A stretch of 64,000 nt of DNA from Trichoplax sp. H2 (Eukaryota): the NCBI GenBank assembly GCA_003344405.1, contig NOWV01000124.1, positions 124,001-188,000 of the forward strand, read 5' to 3'. Shown piece after piece: positions 1 to 12,876 of this stretch. Both the position numbers and the translations under genes were made by a program. Positions within the stretch are counted from its first letter, which is position 1. Each line of letters begins with the position of its first letter. The notes under the pieces were generated by a model that was given only the letters and a program-made list of their open reading frames with translations, was not told the origin of the DNA and searched no databases.

Positions 1-3000
1 TTTCAATCTTGCTGATGCCTACTGATATTAAAATACACAATGTTAGGGATTCTTATAACTTTATTTCTCTGTATTTGTAACTCCGAGCAGTCGTAAATGG
101 CTTCCAATGACAATAAGACGAAACGAAAGGAAAGATATGGATTTGTTCGATTATTATTATTAATTCGAAGCGAATAAACTATTGATCAAATACTCTTAAT
201 AGGAAGAACAACAGCTTCAGGAAGTATGACTAAAAATAATAAGATGATAATTAAAATTAAAAACACTGATTTATGAGCATGAGGCAAAGCTAACAATTGT
301 AAATACAATAATTGTGCATTCGATCCATTTTGTATCAATAACTCAAATCCAGTCAATAAATATGTATGTTACATGGGCACCAGATGCCATTGTATTAGCC
401 AATTGTACCATGTAGCTATAGCTGCTAATGATGGATAACACCATGACTACTTTAAACAATATTTAAATATTTTAAAATAGCCAAAATAGATCACCTATGT
501 TATCTCTTCAGCACGTTAATTAATTTATTTTCGTTCCATATCATCTATATATTGATTCTCTGCGAGTCTTTAGAGAAATAATTTGCTTTTATAGGATCAA
601 ACAAAAATTGAATCATCGTGTTCTTTTCGTTTTTATCGATCACAGATTACTATCAATTTATGATCGAGGTATATACAGTAAAGGGAATTGAAATTCTACC
701 ATCCTGCTATATTAGAAAATTTGAGATTCGATATAGACTGTTAGTACCAAGGCTATTTCTTTGTTGATGGATTCTACTTTTACTTTCTAAATTTAAAATT
801 TTACAACTCTCGTTAATATGAGGACTAAATTTACCCTCAGAAATATTCAAATGTTTATTTTTCTCAATGCCATGTATTATAGCTATCATTAATTACTCAT
901 GTTTTTTCCTAATGAATAACAAGACATTGACAAACTAAAACATAACGCCACATATTAACAGTGACAAAATATAGCATTAAAATAGATATACTTAATTATA
1001 CCAAAACGTCACTTAGCGATTATTTACTTTACCATTCCAAGATGACCACTAAAATAAAATCACACCTCGCTGTTCCTGGGTTATTGATATGAATAGCAGC
1101 ATACAAAATTGAATAAATTTTCGGTAATTATATTTAATGTCTTTATGTTTTTGTGTAGAAATTTATTTTAATATTAGGTCAATAAAGGGCTTGTACCATA
1201 ATTATGTTACGGCTAATATCCAAATTCTATTATGATATACGGGTATATTCGTATTTATTATTGGAAAACTAAAGATTTTTTCTAATAATTGTTTATAAAA
1301 TATACTATATATACTGAAGTAGGCTGCTTATCCTATCGAAATCAGCAAGATTGCTCTCTCTTATAACTAATCTGTTGCTTTTACTGATTTATACTGTCTA
1401 AATGGATATTTAAAAAATATCGATAATACAGATTTTAAACGATAGAAAGGTAGATAAAAATACTACTCTTGTATTCTTATAGTCAATTATATACGTGCGT
1501 ATTCGTATATATCATAATATTTGGTTATTGTTAAACAGTTGGGTTATTAAAGAGTCATGGACTTTAATACTGTCTTATTATGCTATTAACTCCATTGTTC
1601 ATTTATTTCTAGACTTTCACGAAAGCTCTTTTGAACTGAAAAATTGCTTTCCAACTTTGAATTTAGTTCAAGCATTTTCCTATAAGATTAATATTACAGG
1701 TTTACCTCTTCAAAATCCCAAATTTAAAATGCCGTTTTGTAATGTCTTTATCCTATCATAGTTATAGATTAATCCGATACTATATGATGATTCTAAAATT
1801 AGGGTAGAAGACATATCCAGGTAGATTTAGGATAAATTATCCACGCCATTTACGCTCTTATATCTACCCAGGTATTTTATAAATTTCTTCCACTCTAACT
1901 CAAGGATTTACTCCTATAAAGTACTTTTCAGTATGTCATACTTACAAATTAAAAATGAATTCGTTGATTATTAAGCTGAGTCAAAAGTATCGGATATTCT
2001 GATTGCTTGTAGGGTCTCCATGCAAAAATTAAGTGTATAATCCTGCAGACTGCTATCATCTAAACTCTATAACAAGAATAAGAATCTTCAGTTCAATTTT
2101 AGCGCATTTGCAGCATTATGCTATTAAAGCAATAGAATGGAATTAAGCGATCTAGCTAACAATAAAAATTCTTTTTATGTGTCTCGTTTTTATCTCCTTT
2201 AAGCAAAATGAAATTTAATGACGATTAGTGAAATCAATTGCAAAAATTTCAACGATTTAATCTGACGTTGGAAATGCATTATAGATAATTCAGTTATGCA
2301 TAGCAGAGTCGTAAATCAACACCTATGAATGGATAATCAGAACGTGATGGTAACATTATTATCTTCCTCACGGATGCTACTTATAACTATTTTATAACAT
2401 CCTTCATTGATTTATAGTAAATAAAATCATTATTATCCATGATAAAAAATATAGAGAAGGTAAATAATGTAATAACCTTAGGTTATAAGTTCCCGTCATA
2501 ACTTTTGACGCCTACTAAGAATTACTTTCTCTACTAGAAACATCTTACAGAGAATTTAATCATGAAATCCAGTAAAATTCCTTTGCCAAACAACTAGCTT
2601 TCTTTATAATCAAGTATTAGCCCCTTTAAAAAAGAACTACATCGTTATCAGATCATATTTGGATCTGTAATTATCATATTTGTTGAGGATATACAATTCA
2701 TTTTAAAGCTACCGAACTATAGTTGATTCTTTTACAAATGACAAAAAAGTTACTATTGTATCATTAGCGTAGTATTTAAATTTGTGAAAAAACCAATCAC
2801 GAAAATTCCAAAGTTGTAGAAAATTAGAACTTTATTAGATCTAATACAAAGACTAGCTACACGCAGCTCTACTCCAATCCAATATAACTATTCAAGGACT
2901 TCTAGAAAGAATGAACTGAACAGTCTAAAGTTGCCAGCTTATATTCATTTCGTAGCAGTTACAGCCACAATCAGCATAGCAACATTCTACCTTAATTTAC

Positions 3001-6000
3001 ACATTGTCAAATTATTATTAGCGACAACATTTTACAGCGAATCATCATTAATCCGATATGGAAACAACTAAAGTGTTTCCGTAAATATTATTCTTAGCAG
3101 TCAAAGTATGGCAAACTAAGTGTTACGTTTCTAGTAACATAGGATAGTACACCTGGGTCTAAGGGTAATTTATACTTTATTTAATCAGCCTTGGCATGCT
3201 AACACTTATGTTAACCGAAAATCCCCCCAACTCAGCGTTACCGCTGTATTGATACCTTTACCTAGGCGCGTACAATCTATTACAATAGCTGATACCGAGG
3301 TACATCTGTACCGTACACTACAACATTTCAGTTTTGCTAATGCTACTGTACCTGTACGTAACACTAAGCATATCTTAATATATGAATTACAGTTCTATTT
3401 TTACCTCTAGCCTTAATAAAACTAAACACCTTACTATATATAATCATCTAAACTATAGCATAGAATCTACCATTACAGTCCGTGGTAGCGAGCTACCAAA
3501 TACGCCTTAAGATAAATATAGAAAGTTACGCTTCCGTACATCTTACTAACATGGCTAAAAGTCTAGAATCACAACACTAAGTTTCGTTACAGAATTGCTT
3601 TTAGCATGTTATAGAGCGATAAAAGTAACAAGTAAGCTTACTATATAGATAGACTATATCATTCATGAAAAAAGAAATTGGCTGCATCCCGGAATATTTA
3701 ATGTTCTCATTTATAGAAAGGTATTTGTGACGTTAAACGGTTCTATATTCTCAAATTCCTGAAATCAATCCGTGAATTATCTAAGTTATTTATTGAAATT
3801 GTATATAGTTCTCGTCTCAATATTGATTTGATTAGCTATATAGCTTTCATTCAGTAATTTACAATATGTTTTATCAATAATAGAACGGGATATTTATCGT
3901 AACATAATTCATAACAATAATTTAATATCCTTTGTTTTAAGACGAAATAGGAATTTAAATTTTTTTTCGCTAGCGGATGTTATACTTTTGGACGTCAATA
4001 AAAATTTATGATCGAAGTATCTTCAATAGCAGGCATACCATATATATAATGGTCGAATCAAGTTTAAAATTAATCATTAACTTTGTGGAAGCTTTATAAA
4101 TTGCTTTGGTAACTTTATAACTAACCAAGGCAATCTGGTTTACTTCAAAAAGCAGCCAACAACTTGGTTATTTTATAAAATGATTCGTAAGCTATATAGA
4201 ATTTGCAATGATTTGATCACTTTATAAGGTAATTCACTACTTTGTAAAATTATTGGTTCAGTAAACTTAAGTTAGCATACCGTAGTTTTTCCTTAACCTT
4301 TGGAAAATTATCATCATAATAGGTAAGCCTAATCTTTACAATAACAGAATTGTGCTCGTCGGTATTTATGTTGGTTATTGATGCATTTTACATTTCCTTC
4401 AAATTTTAATAACAATGCTAAGACAACATGCTTTAATTCTCTATTAAATAGAACAAAACATTTGCATTAGAATTACTCTGATTTTGATGTGATATTTAAT
4501 TGACTTATAGAGTTTGGCAATACTCGAATGCAGTCTATCATCGTGTAACTAAGAACAGCTCCTTCAACGAGAATTTACGAGAATTTTTTATAACTTAAGC
4601 AATCAAGTCAGCAGTGTTGCTAAATCATCATTTATTCTTAATCTATCTTTTACATAAAAATTATGTATTCGTGATGAGACTGCTGTCTAATTTTATCAAT
4701 AAAATTATTATTATAATTATTAGTGTTTTACTGATGCACCTCATATTCGATTATAATGGCAGCTACGTTTGATTGTGTTGGTAGCTATATTTAATATATT
4801 TAAGTTACTAAGAATAGATATTATCGTGATACTAATATTAGATGATTACTTTCTACTATATTAGAAATTGTCAATGACTAATATTGACCAGCTGACTATT
4901 TATGGTACTAGATTTACATGATATGCAATACTGTAATTATAAAGATGCTTAATACTGAAAGTTACTGGGTATTAATAGAAGTGTATTGATATCTTAAGTA
5001 GAATGATTCGGATTGCAGACGATAATGATTCCTATTGAGGAAAAGTGTTTAGTTAGATGACTCAAGTCTGATTGTGGTCATAAATGGATTTGACGAAGTG
5101 TATTTAAGAACTGCGGAAATGAGCTCACATTAGAGACTTCATTTCACTTTGAGCTCGGAACACCATAGACTAGATTCTTGTAGTAATTAATTATTTGTAA
5201 TGAAAATGATAAGTGTAGAGATCAAGCTACAAAACTTTAACAAACTTTGATTCTACTTTCGTTGCACTCCGGTCGACTTAACGCTAATACATTGACACCA
5301 AATAAAAATTTGGGAAAATAACCAAACAATAATTTATTACAAAACAAAAATGGAGAGAAGTACAGTATAAACTGAACAACCTTACAAATACTTAGCTTGA
5401 AGTATTAATAAAATAAATAACAGACTTAAAAACTGTCAACGACCAAACAACCTTTCAAAAAGAAGAACGTTTTAACTTACGACAATTCGACCCCAAAGGC
5501 CTTTTAAATTCAACTAGTTATTCAAATAAAATCTTCTTCTACTCTCACTCTAAATTTTCTAATTGCACTATCATTTATATCACAGTAATCGCTTTATAGG
5601 CTTCGTAGAGCCGTCAGAGGTATTTAAAACTAAACATTTGCTAACCAATCGCTCTCAAGATCCGTTTTAGAAAACTACTTTGCACCATTTAAGAAAACAA
5701 AAATCACTCAAAGCTCAGACACAATTTACCCTACGATTCCTTTACAAAACACTATAAAACCAATAAGCTAACTATAAAATACATCAAACTTCACTTCCAA
5801 CATAATTTCTGTCATTAATGCACTATAAAAGTCTAAAATAATTAACCTTTAAACATCAAGATTTAGTCATAAAAATAACATTCTAACTACTTAACAATCA
5901 ACACAACTTCTGCCAATTTCCATCTTATTTTCTATTTTCCTAACTAACTTTCCTAATGTGACTTTCAAGTCACGTCATAAAATTCCAAAGTTTCAAATTC

Positions 6001-7975
6001 GTAACAAAAAGTTCAAATTTCAAAAATCAACTCTTACGATATTTTTCATGAACAAAAATCCCAAAATTAAAACACAGGAAAATTATATCAGACATAAATT
6101 AAAACAGGAAAATTATATCGGACATAAATTTGACCGGTTCCGAAAAATCCAGATTTTATAAAGATCACAGTAATTGCTTATCAAACAATTTTATATGACT
6201 ATTACGACTACTTTTCTGACATTAGTATCGCTGAGTATTGACAGTTGATGTTTTAGCGTCAGATTGTACGGTAACTGTACGATTGTAGACTATACTACAG
6301 TACTTTACCGTCATGTTATAAATTCCCTTTCTCTAAGGATAGGGTTTTGTTACTAAGTCAAATTCCTTTACAATTTAAATAGACGATGAAACGCCCTTTC
6401 TTTAGATTAGGCAATTGCTCTAGGGCTACTTCTATAGTAATCTATATAATACCTATATAATTCTAAATAAATCTATAATATAAATCTATATAATTCTAAA
6501 TTATAAATCTAAATTATAAATCTATATATTTTAATATTTGTATCACTTTATTACGCTAATACAGATAGAAGCATATTATAATGTGGAAAATCTAACACGG
6601 CACTGCTGCACATTGCACTATGATTAAGAATTATCACTGATTAACGCCAGATATCTTGTCATCATGGATAGCTGCAGCCTAGTTAGATTAATTTTGTTAG
6701 GATTGTGAGATATCTCCTAGTCTGAAATATGTGATATCCGAAATTGTATTACTACTAGCCAAGGTAACCAAAAGTTTATAGAGTAACTAATGTGTTCGGT
6801 ATTCACATCATCTAATCTTGCCGATTTATGTATAAGATTTCTAATGATAAAATGAATAATTGTTGTTGTTCATAGTATTTAAGAAAGAATGTCATTCCAT
6901 TCTGCAATAATATAGTAGATAAATGAGAATGACTGCCTTGTAATTTTGATATATCCTAAATGAAATATCTACTTGCGTTATTAATCTGTAAAGACAATCC
7001 TCTAGAGCAGATCTGTCTACCTATAACTGAAATCTATACAAGAGTATACCGATTTATGATACAGTTATGTCATAGAGTGCATAAGAAAGGAGAATATTAG
7101 ATTTTGCCTTTGAAACAGTAATACAATATGATTGTGTACCATAGTAAAAATAATAAATTGCTATTTGTGGCGATCATATTAATCATTCGTAAACCTATCT
7201 ACAGAATTTCATAGGATGAATTCTTACACAGTACTGTAATATAAATTTAATCTTTGCTCGTTCTTAATTACATGCCAATTCTACAATATATTCGATTTCT
7301 ATTGATTACTCCACTGCAATGCTCTTTAATTAATTATCACTTTGATTAAATACGCTCCAAATGGTAGTATTTCTATTTTGCAATAGCAAGAAGGAAGCAA
7401 TTGACAGTAGTAAAGCTATATGAGAAGGAATCAAATCGATCAAATCTAGAATTTGCCGCTGGCTGAAACGTAACATTTCTTTTCTTCTTCTCAAATAAAT
7501 TCAATTAATTGATCGTCATAGCAATTGTTGAATCAATTTTTCTGTTTACTTTTTCAACCAAATACAATAAATTAATTAAAGAGAATTAGTTTAGTAAAGT
7601 TGGTAATATATTAAGATTAGTTATAACTAGTCTTTGTTTAGCAATGGTTAATGGAAACTGAAATTGATGTATACTACAGTTGCATATGACACAAAGATGA
7701 GCTGAAATTATTGATATCGTAAACTTATTAGGAGCCAAACCAAAACTCTAGAGAATCTACTTTGTTTCATATAGCGTGATGATTATAGAATTGTAATCAC
7801 CCTAGATCTGGCAATAATAGCGTTTGTTCACCTCCGCTAGCCATTTACGGATAGAATTGTCGATAAGAGATTAAATCTACCTTGCCCTGCTCTTTATTAT
7901 ATTATTGGTAGGATTTCTTTTTATTACTTTACGAAAAGAATTGAATATGCAATATGACAGGCTAAAGAAGTTATA

Positions 7976-8940
7976 CTAAAGAGCTAAAATTTTTCGCATT
8001 GTTTTAAAGAACTTTGCCTGAATATATTTATCAAATTTTATAATTATTAATGGATTAAGAATAGTAATATTAGCAAGAGTAGATATACAAATAGCCGAAA
8101 TGATAAATAGGGCTATACTTTCATTTTTTACTTGTCGTAACGGTTTTTGAGTTATTGCTTGTACAATGTTAAATATACAGAAAGGCCAAATATTAATGAT
8201 ATTGTAAGCTGAAATATTTATGAAAGCTCTGAGATGCTTTTGTTTTTGCGTTAGTTGCGTTTGTCTTCCATTAATATAAATACCTTTTGGGCGTACAAAA
8301 ATTTGCTGATGAACGATTATTCGCCGATATGTAATGAAAATGAACAACGATGGTAAAATAATGGCTAGAAATGAGTGTAATATCATCAAAATTGAATCTG
8401 TTATAGTTATGATCTTATCGTCACAAAATGTTGTCTCTTCCTCGTAAACTCCATTGTTCTTGGTAAAGCAACTATAATAGAAAACAGCAATAGGACTATT
8501 TCACTCATAAAAAAGATTTGCTTTTTATGACGACGATAAAATAAATTGAGAGGTCTAACGATTGCAATATAACGATCAAGACTAATTAAGCATAAATTGT
8601 AAATGGATATGCCAAGAGAAGAGAAGGGAATTTGTTGAATAGGGCGGCAAATCAAGGTTCCGTAACTGTAGCTGATCGAAGTTGATATAGTGAAGCTGAA
8701 GGCAAATATAGCTGTTACATTTGTAACGATATCAGATAAAACCCCTATCATCACTAAAGAATAAGTTGTTTTATAGACATGACGATTAGTAGCCAAAATG
8801 TATAGTAGGATAAGATTGATCAACAAACCGATAGTATTTAGCGCTATGCCTACTATTCCAAAATATACAAGAAATTGACGGAGATTTAGCCTGTCCGTTT
8901 CTACAGATATATTGCTGTAATTACTACTATTATTATCCAT
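7976..8940 (-). pseudogene. Rhodopsin-class (class A) GPCR, intronless, split by a frameshift (pseudogene or sequence error)
   Basis: ORF 8407-8940 gives N-glycosylation sequons and TM1-TM4, with a TM3 Cys and ISLDRY. ORF 7976-8389 gives TM5-TM7 (IWPF, LNPLI..KFD). Near 8455-8462 a frame change restores NGVYEEETTFCDDKIITITDSILMILHS, an ECL2 with its conserved Cys leading into the second ORF. Confidence 0.85.
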
Positions 8941-10379
8941 ATATAAGAGGATAGTATAACATCAGTTAACTGCAAATAAAATTTGATTCAGGTAATTCGA
9001 TACGTATTCCAGAAATTAGTTTAAATCCTTGAAGATATCAAAGATATGAAAATGTTATGGAAATTAACATTAAAACCTAGATATGAATTATAAAATAACC
9101 CTAATAGTTGAGATTTTTGTGCTTGTTTATGAGAAATGAAATAGCAAATTCTTGGTGGTAAGGTCATAATATATTAGATTAGAAGAGGAAAACTTCTCCA
9201 ATTGGATTATAAGACATTTTGCTAGCACTTATCGAAGGTAATTAAGAAGGATGTGTTGATCAATTCAGCTAAGAAATGGCATCGTCAGACGCGGTTAAAG
9301 CCAATGTAACCGTATCACCGCTTCGTATTATAAACTATAATCGATTCGGAGACAAGCATAATATAATTTAACGGAAGTACGCGAAGAGATAGGTATATCG
9401 CGATTGAGTTTAGATTGCTTTCTATACTGACGTCATTCTTATTGAACAAATAGAAATGCGTTGTTAATAACCAGTGAAAGATTTAATCTATTGATATGTC
9501 TGATAGCACAAATTGAACTGCCAAGATTTCCGATAACATAGTTTTACAACTGTATGAGTATATAAAGAATCTATTATCTAGTTCATAAGCAGAATAGCTT
9601 GCATCTATGCCGATACAATGGACATATAGAGATTGAAAGTCCAAAGTCATTCGCTGTTATTGACTGGAAAAAAATCCTTAAGAAATATAGTACCATCAAT
9701 GAGTCAATCGTTGGTAATAATTAAAATAGCAGAACAACATTTACTTTCTCTTCAAAATATTAATATATATGAATACTGAATTGAAATTGCGCGTAGCAAT
9801 CATTATAAGTACTCTCTGAGCTCTTAATATGCTGTCGAACGGATACTGTAAAAACGGTAAAAACCGTACTGTGAAAAAAATTGAGATATTGTATCAGTGT
9901 CTTTGAGATAAATTAAATCTTCTTCTAATGAACGAATAAATTAATTTAGATGAACCTAGTTCTGCAATCAACTGCCATTATTTCGAAAACGGTTGGAGTT
10001 GCATATAGAACCAACTAATCCTTTTACAATGCATTCGATTAGAGTATCCTCAAGGTTTATGAATTACTGTACTTCAGCAACAACTTTGATTTTATCGTCT
10101 CACTATTGGTTCCGTAAGCTAACTTCCGAGCACAATACCCAAACGGATACGCCTATTTATAACGAAATTAGTCTTTTAAAGAGTATTCTTATTAATTAAG
10201 CGACTGAAATTTAATTCTACATATTCCAAAATTAAGTTGATTTGAGCTCAAAAATGGCCATCAAGAAGCCATTTCACTTTCATTGATCATTCGTGTACTG
10301 TACAGTACTATCATACAGTACAGAATACACGATACTGTAAACTGTACACTGTAACATGCCTTAGGAGAACAAGCCTTCT

Positions 10380-10710
10380 CGTCGGATGGACGGACTTATT
10401 GTACCAAATGAGGCCACCAATGTTAAAAAATGACTACTTCGTACTTACGGTAGTAAGTATGGATCTTCCATGTCTGCTTTCTAAATCTTTGGTACGAACT
10501 TCAATAATACTTACGATCTTATATAGCTATTTCCAAGCAGAAATTGACTAACAGATAATAAGATTCAGTGTAATATTACTTAATTTAGTAAAAATCAATC
10601 AAAACTAAATCGACCGTCTGGATACTTTAGTACCACCATCATAATCCTAACCAAGTGTTTGCCACCATATTTGAACGTGATGAGGCAGAAAGTGTCTGTC
10701 TGTCCAATAG
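10380..10710. mobile_element. Dispersed repeat / putative non-autonomous TIR element, copy A
   Basis: Colinear diverged similarity to 24665-25365 in several blocks (gacggac..gaggcc..aaaatgactactt; tcttccat; caagcagaa; tattactt..aaatcgacc; gatgaggc.gaaa..gtctgtc.gtcca). Ends are inverted: tggacggac versus gtctgtcca. Confidence 0.6.
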
Positions 10711-11086
10711 TGATCCATCCGGGTCTCCATCTAGTGCATGAGTACAGTACAGTACAGTAACACTCTGCAGCAAAGTACTGTTGGTACAGTAAAGTAGAGA
10801 TTGGGTATAAGTGTATAACGCGACAGCGTTACCTTGTAATGTACACTGTGCAGCAACGGCGGATATATTGCAACTGGCGTGAATGCTGTAATGTCCATCT
10901 TTTTTCACAGTTAATTGGTAATTTGATTATGGAGGAATTTCTGCTAGATTGAATAATATGCACTGATATGGCGTTAAGTTGTTAGGCATTGCTCACGATT
11001 TCCCTGTCTGACAATTGATGTTTTAAATTCATGATTCTTATACTCAGATATCTTGAAGTTATTGCTTTCAGTAAGGGAGATTGAAG

Positions 11087-11815
11087 ATGTCGAAAAGTTC
11101 GTTGTATCCTTTTTTAAAGCAGACATACCGTAGATATGCATGACAGTACTACGTGATTGATTACAGATTCCTTTACAACATTTAATCCGTGGCTAAGTCT
11201 CTGGTTTAATCAAAAATTGAATGCTTGTCTGATTCTAAATTTCTTCATCATTTATTCATTGAACACGTATGTCGTCATATTCTTAACACGTATCAATCCT
11301 CTAGCCAATTAACTGTCCCGTTTCCTGATAGCAAGACAGCAGCAATTGCTTATAGGACTCTAACTGTCGACAAAGAACCCAAACGTAGCTCAGCAGTCAA
11401 AAATCTACAATTAAACGACAATCAATTGCTTGTGTCAGTATTAAAGTAGGATGGTCAACAAATTACTCTCATAGTTTATAAAATACTAAGAATTATTTCA
11501 TGCTGTAGACTAATAATGTGTTGGTATAGCGAGTATTGCATGGCTACCTTCAATTCTCTTGATGTTAAGTTACTCCGGATAGGAATCAACAATGAAGCAG
11601 TATTAAAAATACCTACTATACTTCAATTAATGTATACTTCAGAGTGACTAAATGTGTTGTAGTATAACCATTGATCGCTATTCGTACATCATTTTTCTTC
11701 TCTCACCGACAGGCAATTTAACTCACCTGATCCAAGATCATTAAGAGTTGGAGTCAATTCGTTTTTGGATTTGTTAAAGTTAACCGTCGAAACAATTGAA
11801 CAATTTGGAGAGTAA
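11087..11815 (+). CDS. LAGE3: KEOPS/EKC complex subunit Pcc1 (LAGE3 homolog), 3 coding exons: 11087-11103, 11305-11433, 11713-11815
   Basis: The spliced product MSKSSFQLTVPFPDSKTAAIAYRTLTVDKEPKRSSAVKNLQLNDNQLLVQFNSPDPRSLRVGVNSFLDLLKLTVETIEQFGE* has the Pcc1 motifs (VPFP..A.IA...L.VD.E; LR...NSFLD.L.L...T...F). Exon phases are compatible. Confidence 0.92.
11104..11304 (+). other. U12-type (minor spliceosome) GT-AG intron
   Basis: Donor GTATCCTTT matches the U12 consensus RTATCCTTT. A TTCTTAAC branch site at 11280-11287 lies about 17 nt before the AG, with no long polypyrimidine tract. Removing the intron restores the Pcc1 frame. Confidence 0.88.
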
Positions 11816-12876
11816 AAAGTTGCCAGACTATTCCGATAGGCATCGATCTCAACTACAGTAGCAAATATTTGGCCTCTTATTTATCGGACCTTATAACACA
11901 AGACCGCTCTAAGCATTCCGATCCCTTGCGATCAGCTCATTACGTGTAAATCGTGAAGATACGACTAAATGATACCGAGTGGATCTTTTGTATGATAAAA
12001 TTTGGTAATTTTTTGCACTAGCTTTGTAATATATGATCCTGATACATTGTAAAATTACCGTACAATATAAGCATACATTATCATGGACTGTTAAAGTAAG
12101 AAAGCAAGACAGGCAAGATACTGTACGCCGATTCTGGTATTGTTGAAATTAATTAATTATAATTGATTATAGAAGAGTTCAATAAAAACACCCATCTGCA
12201 TTAATATTCAAAGCCTGTTTAATACTACACTGAAAAATCACTGCCGTTTATTGAACGGTCTGCCAACAATCCTTGCGTTTTGTTACTACCGCAACCACGT
12301 TATACAGTCGCTCGTTAAATATATAATTATGGCAATTATCGTAATTTTGGACTACTGCTTATATGCAAAGCAACAAACGCTCGTATTGACCTACAATTTA
12401 ACGATATATTAACCGAACAAAATTTATTCTGACGCTTGCAATATGCAGATTTAAAATGGTACATCATACAGTGCTGACATTTAAACTTGAATTGATTTAA
12501 CTTAACTTATAAATTATAACAGGTAGTTCACAAGTTCTTCGATAAAATATATCTGTTGAAATGGCAATCATACAAGTGGCCTTTTACAAATATTTCTTCA
12601 TAAATCAACATGGTTAGCGTACTATTACGAGAAAACGCTGCTGTAGTGCCGTGATTGTAGCTAGCTACATATAATACAAATCTATCGAACATTATAACCT
12701 TTAAAATTCATGACTTATTCCAATTATCGGCTATTATCATTTATAGAATACTATATTCACTTAAGCAAGCAACTTAACAAGGAGCTGGCGAGTGTTTTGA
12801 TATTAGATAAATGGACACGTTATTAACTACAATAAATTTAAAATACTAATCCTTATACGAGTGTATGTCGTATGAT

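Noticed and set aside
280-440. Possible GPCR remnant (YVTWAP / NCAFDPF)
   Set aside because: The motifs are in different frames, in the wrong order and too short to support.
6440-6530. (taaatctatataat)n AT-rich repeat
   Set aside because: Ordinary low-complexity sequence with no further signal.
11225-11304. N-terminal extension MSDSKF... of the Pcc1 ORF in the ORF track
   Set aside because: It begins at a TTG and lies within the U12 intron.
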